Assembly: GCF_006345805.1 (NCBI RefSeq)
Contig: NW_021834764.1
Coordinates: 1-31,239 of the forward strand
DNA: 31,239 nucleotides
Origin: Octopus sinensis
Lineage: Eukaryota
Direction of reading: 5' to 3'
Shown: piece after piece, positions 21,961-31,239 of the stretch
Layout: the number at the start of each line of letters is the position of its first letter
How positions within the stretch are numbered: the stretch's first letter is position 1
The notes under the pieces: model-generated
The model's input: the letters and a program-made list of their open reading frames with translations, nothing else
Databases searched by the model: none
What the model was told of the DNA's origin: nothing
Position numbers and translations under genes: made by a program

Positions 21961-22330
21961 CTTTTATTATACGCTTGTTTCGGTCATTAGACTATGGCTA
22001 TGCTAGGGCATCACATTGAAGAACTTTGAATTGAACGAATCGGCCCAGTACTTATTATTCTTTGTAAAGCCTTGGACTTATCCTCTAGGCGTCTATCACC
22101 GAACCACTAATTTATGGGGACATAAACACACCAAAATCAGTCGACAAGCGATGGGTGGGGAGCAAACACAGACACAAATACACACACACAGAGGTATATA
22201 TACGACGGACGTCTTTCAGTTTCCGCCTAGTAAGTCCATCTATAACCATTGATTGGTTCCTGTAGATGAGACACTAGCTCGATGTGTCACGCACTGGGAC
22301 TGAAACTGGAAACATAAGGCCAGGAAGCAA
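21961..22330 (-). mobile_element. Diverged CORE-type SINE copy
   Basis: cttgtttcggtcattagactatggctatgct..cgaaccactaatttatggggacataaacacacc..cgacggacgtctttcagtttccg..gggactgaaactggaaacat is collinear with 7262-7643. Confidence 0.8.
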
Positions 22331-23002
22331 TTTTCAAAGAGAAAACAATACGAATATCAAGAGAAAAATTCATATTTTTATCAAAGTTTTCTAAAGCACT
22401 GGCTCAATGGCGATTGATATATGAGAAAAAGTTCCCGAGAGAATTGAATTCATGACACTTGAATTAGCCGTTGCTAAGGAATGAAAAATATTAAATGTAT
22501 TGTGAAAAGAAAGCAGTGAGGATTCTTCCAATGATCTTATCTATATTAAAACTACGTACAAACAAATATATATATATTATATATATATATATATATATGA
22601 ATAAGTAACAGTTACATATAAATACCTGTGTCGGGTTTATCTACCTCACTTACATAATTTCACTGCATCTGCTTGTTGACGCGCATACATCACACGCACA
22701 CACACACACACACACACGCGAGTGCACGTAGAAACATGTATATATATATATATAATATATATATATATATTATATACAATATATATTATATATATATGTA
22801 TCAACCTTTTTGACTGTCTATCGCATCTCCCTTCCTCACACACACTTTCTTTCTCTGACATTTCTCTCTGTCAGTGTACATTAAAAAATATATACACACA
22901 ATTCTTTGCCTGTGTGTATGTCTACATAGATACATAAATACATACATACATATACATATATAATATATATATATAATATATATATATATCTATATATATA
23001 TG

Positions 23003-23064
<62 letters not shown>

Positions 23065-23909
23065 TTGTGTTGTGTGTGTATCTGTAAAGAGAGGGAGATA
23101 TCAAGAAAGAGAGAAAGAAAGAAAGATTCACTGATTATAAAATATTTGAAAAACGCCTCTTTGTTAAAGTATTACCTGCAAATTTTAGTCAATAGCAAAT
23201 TATTGAATTTTACAACTAAATGCGTTTCGATGTACACAGAAACATTTCAATAATTACCAGCATTATCAATTGATTTTCCTTTTATATTTACAATTCAAAC
23301 TAACGAAAATTTAAGATTGGTAGGATCAAAGATATCTAGTTTTTTTCCCTCCCTACTTCTTTGTTGTGTCTTCTCTGTATCACATACCGCATTGCGCCCA
23401 TTGAAACAATACAACTCGAATGAAGGATGTAGTTTTCTTTATCTACGTTTTGTCTCCGTTCTCTCGTTGCGTTATACGCAAGACAGTACACAGAGCAAAC
23501 AAAATAAAAAAAAAACCTGGTTATAAGAAAATATATGGCACACAGCCTAATTCAACCGTATATGTAGAGCATAATGCGTCGGTATCTGATAACGTTAATC
23601 TGTTTCCAAATCTATTGGATATTGTATAAAATGTGCTTAAGAAGAAAATACGTATCGAATTTCTAATGCATGTATTTTTTGTGCATTATTAAGTTTACTT
23701 TTCTTTTTCCGTCTTTTATGAGATCTATCGATCTCTTTTATCCATCGTTACATATATCTGCAAAAAATATTACCGCTGCCTGATTACACATATAAATACA
23801 TACACACTCACACACACATCCAGAGCATCTCCACTAAACATACATACATGTGTGTATGTATGCATACATACATACATACATACATATGTGTGTGGTGTGT
23901 GTGTGTGTG

Positions 23910-24870
23910 TAAATGACGTAAATATTCTAGTTAGGACAAACTCTAGGAACTGTGATATAGAAACCGAGAGGAGAATAATGGAAAGTATCCAACACCTAGC
24001 TAACTCCATCCACCAAGGTGGCTATAGATTACCTCACCAAGCACCCTTACAATAGATTCCCTGTCCTCGGTACTGAAATTTTGTTAGATCTGTGAACCAC
24101 AGATTGTAACTCCTCCACTCCTATTACATGAAACCCATAGCTTCTAAATATTTTGTTCACAAGCACTCAGCTTTGTCACACAACATGAAAATCAACATAT
24201 TGGTTGCAGACTTAGTTAGGATAATGAACAACATGTCCCCACTATGCAAACCCTGTAAAACAAAGAAACATGTACTGAACTTCATACACAGCATGTAATT
24301 CTCTGGATATGATCAGAAAGACAGTGTTCAGGTATACACGGGAGCTAGAAAGAAGTTAGATATCATTATATGTAATGAAACCAGTAATACCCGCCATAGA
24401 TATAAAAGTAAAGACTAGAATATGAAACAAAGAGTTTGTGACAAAGCAAACAGGGTGAACACTTGGTACAAACTGACAAATTTCAAGGAGAGATGTTTGT
24501 AGAGACGACAGCCCATGGAGAATTAGTCCGAAGATTTAGGAAACCTCTGAAGGAGGTCAAGCTCTACATTATAATCGTTGAAAAGCCAGGGAGTTCAATC
24601 AGATCAAAACATGTAGGACTTACCCGTTTGAGGATACCACACGCACCAATGATAATTGCATGATATGTAATATTAACCCTGACATTAACTGTAGATCTAG
24701 GAAGTTAGTCTACAGAATAAGATGCATAGAGTTTTCTTGGAAAGACAAGAACATGATATCCAGAGGTGAGATATCTAGAAGCATTGCGAGAGACTAAATG
24801 TTCATTTGAGACAATATGACAAGAAAAATGTTCTCCACACTCTTCCAACGTGCTAAAAACAAATAAAGAT
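23910..24870 (+). pseudogene. Decayed Penelope-like element of a different family: RT C-terminus, thumb, linker and GIY-YIG start
   Basis: Peptides VNDVNIL..IMESIQHLANSIH / DYLTKHPYNRFPVL / LLHSYYMKPIASKYFVHKHSALSHNMKINILVADLVRIMNN..M*FSGY / MFVETTAHGELVRRF..IIVEKPGSSI / TNDNCMICNINPDINCRSRKLVYRIRC / GEISRS..ERLNVH follow the PLE domain order. Many stops and frameshifts. Confidence 0.8.
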
Positions 24871-25050
24871 GCACACTGGGTCAACTTGCCTCCGTATTTT
24901 ATCCTAGCACCCGTTTTTTTATCCAGCTGCACATTCTCATAAATGAAACATCCCGCTATTAAATAGAAAATGTATGTAGAAGGTAGTCACACCCCTAATA
25001 CTCACACTTTATATATACACATGTCAAATTGTTAGTAGAGTATTATGTAG

Positions 25051-25094
<44 letters not shown>

Positions 25095-25095
<1 letters not shown>

Positions 25096-25190
25096 AAGTT
25101 AATCCAAACAAGAAAACAAAAAGACAACAACGCGAGGATGTGGAACAAATAAAGTATTATTGGGCGCTCAGAAAAGAAGGGAAGAAAGAG
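25095..25190 (-). mobile_element. Fragment distantly related to the short pLTR-like repeats
   Basis: aaaagacaacaacgcgaggatgtggaacaaataaagtattattgggcgctcag parallels aagacgaagacaggtggtgtagaaaagagacagatgtattagtataacgcttgg at 18714-18767. Confidence 0.35.
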
Positions 25191-25207
25191 ATATATATAT
25201 ACATAAG

Positions 25208-25314
25208 TAAAGGTTATTTGCCAGCCTAATCTGACAGTTGAGACCAATACTACTGTTGTTAGGTAGCATTCGTCCCAACTGCGACTGCAACATTAGGTTG
25301 GCAAATAGCCTTTA
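25208..25314. repeat. ~107 bp imperfect palindrome
   Basis: taaaggttatttgccagcctaat pairs with attaggttggcaaatagccttta; cagttgagaccaatactac pairs with gtagcattcgtcccaactg. Confidence 0.85.
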
Positions 25315-25406
25315 TTTCAAAGTACTGCTAGTGAATATTCCTCGTTGGGAGACTTAGGAACGATGATGTTTTTATATATATGCTCTCTCTGCCTATTACC
25401 TCGTGT

Positions 25407-25446
25407 TCCTCTCTGTTGACGAGCGTAGGCTCGAAACGTAAAAGAC
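25407..25446 (+). ncRNA. Variant minimal type I hammerhead-like motif
   Basis: CUGUUGAC-GAGC(guag)GCUC-GAAA-CG-UA-aaagac; stem I is imperfect. Confidence 0.55.
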
Positions 25447-25618
25447 TTTCTAAACTACCCGAGCGTTAAACTAAAACACCTGTTTGTTGTTTACACACAT
25501 GTCTTCGTCTTTTGTTTTTCTGTAAATATCAACTATGTATATATCCCATATTGGATCGTTAGCCCCTACATGCAATTTTTTTCTCTCATTGTTTCTCTCC
25601 TTGTTTCTTTTCTGTGTA

Positions 25619-25657
25619 TCTTTCTGTCGCAGAGCGTAGGCTCGAAACGTAAAAGAC
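25619..25657 (+). ncRNA. Variant minimal type I hammerhead-like motif
   Basis: UCUUU-CUGUCGCA-GAGC(guag)GCUC-GAAA-CG-UA-AAAGA. Stem I UCUUU/AAAGA, palindromic ACGU stem III, GUA triplet; the core deviates at positions 6 and 9. Confidence 0.55.
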
Positions 25658-25737
25658 TTGTTTTATTTCTATTCCTGAGCGCCATACTAATACAATTGTT
25701 GTTTGTACTCCACCTGCCTTCGTCTTTGTTATTTTCG

Positions 25738-25778
<41 letters not shown>

Positions 25779-25859
25779 TATATATATATATAACGGAAGG
25801 TTTACGAAAATAAACAAAAGACGAGGCAGGTGGAGAGTACAAACAAACAATTGTATTAG

Positions 25860-25890
<31 letters not shown>

Positions 25891-25893
25891 ATG

Positions 25894-25947
<54 letters not shown>

Positions 25948-26402
25948 GCGTGTATGTGTATGTGTGTGTGTGTGTATGTGTGTGTGTGTATGTGTGTGTG
26001 TGTATGTGTGTTTGTGCGTGTGTGTGTGTGTTGTGTGTGTAAATGAAATATAAATAAAATACAGAAGGGTATTGAAATACCACTTGCTATGAACATAGCT
26101 ATCGTTCTAAACCACAATTTACGCATTACAAAAATACACACGGTGGATGCCATAAGCATCACAGAGGCAAGGTTACCTTTAATGGAATACATAAGTAAGA
26201 ATGTGTATATTCCAGGATCTATAAATTTCATTTTGTGTGTGTAAAACATACTTAAGCTCGTCAACGGGACTCAATACATAATCAGCTATTTCTGAAATAT
26301 TCATCGCATTGCACTATGCGTTTTCTTACATTCGAATGCTCCGCGTCATTCAAAAGATGAGCATAACGTGAGTTATTAATATATTTAAATTTAAAGAGAT
26401 AT

Positions 26403-26626
26403 GTATCACTAACATTATTAAGAATAATAGAATGGCTAGTAATTTTAGACATTTATAGGTAAAATGTAAATAAAATAGTGAGTAAATTGCAGTTTAGAGC
26501 GATGGTTGGTGTCATAGCAATAAATATTTCAATACTCTTCTGTGTTTTATTTATATTTTACCTATAAATGTCTAAACTTGCTGGCCGGTCTATAATTAAC
26601 ATTATTCTTCATAATGTTAGTAATAC
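26403..26626. mobile_element. Fold-back/MITE-like element with ~75 bp imperfect inverted arms
   Basis: gtatcactaacattattaagaataat..tttagacatttataggtaaaatgtaaataaaa pairs with ttttatttatattttacctataaatgtctaaa..attattcttcataatgttagtaatac. Confidence 0.75.
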
Positions 26627-26635
26627 TAGCATATT

Positions 26636-26636
<1 letters not shown>

Positions 26637-26717
<81 letters not shown>

Positions 26718-26726
26718 TATATAGTA

Positions 26727-26762
<36 letters not shown>

Positions 26763-26845
26763 TATATATAGAAATAAATATATATATATATGTATAGATA
26801 TATATATATATATTAGGTTTATATATATAGAAATAAATATATATA

Positions 26846-26916
<71 letters not shown>

Positions 26917-26980
26917 TATATATATGCATATATATATATATACGTATATGTACATACTACATATATACGTATATATATAT
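26637..26980. repeat. Long degenerate (TA)n tract
   Basis: Seen directly; a similar tract lies at 27440-27560. Confidence 0.95.
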
Positions 26981-27440
26981 GCATATTTGGGCACAGAACG
27001 TCACATAACGTAAACAACAAAAAGTACGATATACGAATACATGGAATATGAACATTTTTAGCGAACAACGAAGGAAACAAATGGAAAACATATCTATGTA
27101 GGCAACTGGATATGTAAGTAAATAGATGGATACGTACATATGTCATACGGACAGACACGTAAACATACACACACATACACACATACATAGACAAATGAAA
27201 ACCGAAACAGATGACCATATAAACACACGCACACTTCACACGCTCAGACAAGGACTCATATGGAGACACGCATCCTTACATAACAGACGCACGTATATAT
27301 ACATAGACACACACACATCTATAAACACACTAACATGAACAGACAACCACATAGATATTCAGAATACATACATACAAAAGTTACAACATGCATACTTTTA
27401 TATGCCTACACACACACACTTATTCATACACACACAATAA

Positions 27441-27511
<71 letters not shown>

Positions 27512-27603
27512 ATATATTATATATATATATATATATTATATATATATATATATATATTTCTATACATACATACATATGTATTTATATACATATACGTACA
27601 TAC

Positions 27604-28012
27604 ATTGTTGTTTGCATCCTTCTGTCTTGGGAGACAATTGAGTTACGCATAAACTAATCCTGTCTGGTTTTATATTTCATGTCCTCTCCAGTTTCCTCTC
27701 TAGTTTTGCGCAGGTCTGGGCTAGATGTACGAAAATCCTGTGTAGCCCAATCGTCAGGATTCCTCTTTCGACCTTGCTGACGTAGTCCAAAGGAGTGCAG
27801 AGGATTACGTTTGGCACCAGCTTGGTTGCAGGAGTGGCCGGAAGAGTGTCGAGTCGATCACTAAACCGCCGATGGGCTCCATTCCGGATTTCTTTGAAGG
27901 TTGTCTCCTTTACGTAACCCTTGATAGGGGCCCATACAGGGTACTGTCAGCCGGAACCAGCTGGGCCCGGGACTCGTGTCAGGCAGGGTCGTCACACCCT
28001 GAAGTAGTGAAG
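27604..28012 (+). mobile_element. GC-richer segment resembling the 5' region of an RTE-clade LINE
   Basis: The motifs caatcgtcaggat..gacgtagtccaaagg..gtttggcaccagcttggttgcaggagtggccggaag are recalled from RTE 5' UTRs. No ORF evidence. Confidence 0.4.
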
Positions 28013-28367
28013 AAAATCGCTACCCACTACCTAATACACACACACACACACAAACACACACCACACACACACACACACACACGCACACACATATATATAT
28101 ACACGCATACGCGCCTACACACACATTTGTATATATAACGTATGTAATTATGTTTATATGTATTTTGAAAAGGAATATATGCTGTCTTAGTAAAGATGTG
28201 ATGCACTTAAACCATTGATTTAATGAGAAATCTTTAATTTTTAAGCTAAATATCGAGGTAATTTTGTAGAATTTACAACAGCAGATATTCGCTAAAATTT
28301 ATTTAAAGGAAATGGGATACAAAATTATATGTAGTATTAATTTATGATTTGGAATAACACACGTACA

Positions 28368-28401
<34 letters not shown>

Positions 28402-28599
28402 CATACATACATACATACATACATACACAGACGTGCGTACGTACGTAATACATACGTACATTCATACATATATATACATGCAAATATACATACATACATT
28501 CATCAAAGCTGCATCCTTGTTACACGAGAAAAGCCATTGCCAAGAAGACTTACTGAAATGATTCATTATTATTGCCATGTCTTGTCCTTATAAGACTTA

Positions 28600-29045
28600 T
28601 AAGCCCGGACAAGCTTTTACAAGACAATTGTGCTGGCTGGCAGGAGAAACAGGCGTCACCCTTTGTCTTTTTAGACCTCCAACTGAGAGGCACACTATTC
28701 CACATTTTACACATATTCTGTTATGAATTTTAATAGCTACATCATTGCTTATCATGGGTCGATTTTTTTCAGAACTTTGATGGCTCACAGGCCTGCACGA
28801 CTCAAACACCTGTGCCCACAAAGCACACACATAAACATCAACACTCTCTCACTTTCCACAGGTTCCCCCTTCTAAGCCCCCTCCTAATTCTCTCCCTCTC
28901 AAACCTTGAACAACCATTATGCACTATCTTCCTCCATCCATCACGGTCTTGTGCCTCCCTCTCCCAATTACATACATACATACATACATACATAGACAAC
29001 TGCTTCTTCCAAGCTTCTATATTCAAATTATTCAAGTTACATTTA
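28600..29045 (-). pseudogene. RTE-clade LINE ORF C-terminal relic interrupted by a (TATG)n repeat
   Basis: KCNLNNLNI.., then WEREAQDRDGWRKIVHNGCSRFERER (RTE 'WE..A.DR..WR..V..G...FE..R' motif), then a decayed C2H2 finger CVKCGIVCLSVGGLKRQ. Confidence 0.75.
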
Positions 29046-29706
29046 TATCAAGAATAAATGGTGCAATTGGCTTTGTGAATAAATACCTAAGTCACAATAG
29101 TTATAAGCTACGGTTTTATGATAAGTCGCACATTACAAATAAACTCTGTAAGTGGAACAGTAAAAATTTGCAAAACTTTTCTCAAGTTTAAAATATGAAT
29201 ATTTTTGTTATCTACATTCCAGCGTCGGAGTTTTGTACGTTTGTTAGAATCTAGCTCCTGCCTCAGAGGAAGAATCCAAATCATTCAAAACTAAAGAGAT
29301 AACGCACACGCATATGAGGAGTGGGTGTATTTATGTGTGTGTGTGTGTGTGTGTGTTTGCGCGCGCGTGTGTATGTGTATGTGTGTGTTCGTGTGTGTGC
29401 GTGTGTGTCTGCGTGCGTGGGTGTCTGTGTGTTTTTGTGGAGAAACATTCAGAAGTAGAGACATTGATATTTCGCCTGCAGATTCAGAGAACTCGTTTAG
29501 GAGAGACAAAATGTCATCTGAATGATAAAAGATTATCTTCAATAAATAAAAAGAAATAAATATATAAATAAAAAAATACTAAATATATAGATATATAAAT
29601 AAGTAAATAAAAATAAATATATAATAAAATATAAATAAATATATTATTTTCAATAAAGAAATATATTTGTGAAATATTTCCTATGATTTCTAAACCATGT
29701 ATATAT

Positions 29707-30146
29707 TCTCTCATTCGTTTACTTGTTTTAATCATTTGATTGCGCTCATGCTGGAGCATCGACTTGAAGGTTTTTTTTTTCAATCAGACAAATCGATCCC
29801 AGGACTTATTTTTGAAGCCTAGTGCTTATTCTGGCGGGGTTTTTTTTGCCGAACCGATAGATTATGGAGGCGTAAACACACCAACGCCGGTTGTCAGACT
29901 GTTATCGGAGTGAAACACAAAAATAAGGGAACTCACGCGCGCGCATACATACGCACGGCCACACACACGTAAATATATATAACGGAGGGCTTCTTTCAGT
30001 TTCTGTCTACCAAATCCCCTCACACGGCTTTGCCCAGCCTGAGGCTATAGGAAAAGCCACTTGCTCAAGGTGCCATGCAGTTGCAATGAATCCGGAACCA
30101 TGTGGCTGGGAAGCAAGCTTCTTATCACACGGCCATGCTTGCGCCT
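29707..30146 (-). mobile_element. Full-length CORE-type SINE
   Basis: Collinear reverse complement of 20622-21092; head aggcgcaagcatggccgtgtgataag. Confidence 0.88.
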
Positions 30147-30149
30147 ACG

Positions 30150-30182
<33 letters not shown>

Positions 30183-30201
30183 GCACACACACGCACATAC
30201 A

Positions 30202-30463
30202 CGTAAGGACTGGCAGTGTGGTAAGTAGCTTGCTTGCCAACTACATGTTCCTGGGTTCAGTCACACTGTGTGGCACCTTGGGCAAGTGCTTTCTATTATA
30301 GCCTCGGGTCAAGCAAAGTCTTGTGAGTGGTTTTGTTAGACGGAAACTGGAAGAAGCCCGTCGTTTTTGTATGTATGTATGTATGTATGTATGTATGTAT
30401 GTATGTATGTATGTATGTATGCATGTATGTATTTATGTATGTATGTATGTATATATATATATA

Positions 30464-30497
<34 letters not shown>

Positions 30498-30591
30498 CAT
30501 GTGTATGTTTGTGTGTCTGTGTTTGTCTCCACTTCATCGCTTGACAATCGATGCTAGCGTGTTTAAGTCCCCATAACTTAGCGGTTCGGCA
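30202..30591 (+). mobile_element. 3'-truncated CORE-type SINE
   Basis: tggcagtgtggtaagtagcttgc..gggttcagtcac..ggcaccttgggcaagtg..gacggaaactggaagaagcccgtcgt, internal (TATG)n, ends at aacttagcggttcggca. Confidence 0.88.
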
Positions 30592-30600
30592 TGTATATAT

Positions 30601-30647
<47 letters not shown>

Positions 30648-31134
30648 ATTATATATATATATATATATGTATATATATGTATATATATATATATATATAT
30701 ATCAAGGGCATGCGAGTACTTATACAAGTCGCCAACATGCTAGAATTATACTTCTATGTCTAAAGTCAACCTTAACTTAACACAATAAAGTATAAACGAA
30801 ACAGATTAATGAAACGGTTCAATTACATATGAATGGATTTCAAGATTAAGGAGTAATATAACTTCGTATATCGAGGGCACCCGCAAGATTTGTTGAGAAA
30901 TCTTATGTGTGCCGCGGATATATGAAATCTCAGTCTTATCGTTAAAGGCACGAAAGTTAGTAGTAGTATTTTTGGTCGATAACTGATGAAGGATTAGGGT
31001 CCTTCTGTGTCTGTCCTATGTGTACGTTTTGTAGTATTTAATGTTTTTCATTTATTGATAATTGAACGCCACGCATGCCGACTTATATATATATATATGG
31101 TGTTGTGTGTGTGTGTGCGCACAATATTAAATGT

Positions 31135-31199
<65 letters not shown>

Positions 31200-31239
31200 T
31201 CCACCTGACGAACGTCATTTGAAGACATGAAACGATTGT

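Larger units (their letters stand above)
25390..25862 (+). mobile_element. Two tandem short pLTR-like repeats with hammerhead-like motifs plus an inverted partial third copy
   Basis: Motif cores start at 25413 and 25624, 211 bp apart. 25800-25862 is an inverted copy of 25684-25740 across a (TA)n tract. Confidence 0.8.

Noticed and set aside
25566-26264. 232-aa ORF, the longest in the track
   Set aside because: It runs through (TA)n/(CA)n tracts and antisense pLTR repeats, so it is stop-free for compositional reasons.
30875-30912. Small hairpin ggcac..aagattt/aaatctt..gtgcc
   Set aside because: Too short and imperfect to separate from chance or a DNA-transposon remnant.

Overview
Very AT-rich, microsatellite-dense eukaryotic DNA. 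Its repeat content resembles coleoid cephalopod (Octopus-like) genomes; this is an inference from the SINE families. No host protein-coding gene is supported: almost all ORF-track entries are translations of (TA)n/(CA)n/(TATG)n repeats, and there is only one weak candidate exon (3498-3682). The window is mostly mobile elements. The main feature is a ~6.9 kb, apparently near-complete Penelope-like retroelement (PLE) on the minus strand (11704-18598). It has an RT + C-terminal GIY-YIG frame broken by 1-nt frameshifts, ~1.03 kb direct pseudo-LTRs each carrying a type I hammerhead ribozyme, an inverted 5' segment and a long structured 3' region. Three further, different PLE relics are present, plus a family of short pLTR-like repeats with a non-canonical hammerhead-like core (CUGUNG instead of CUGANG). 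Also present: an array of ~9 tRNA-derived SINEs with an R4/Dong LINE 3' end, five CORE-type SINEs, a non-autonomous Helitron, Tc1/mariner and RTE relics, and several fold-back/MITE-like palindromes. All family assignments come from motif recognition by eye, not database searches, and boundaries of decayed elements are approximate.
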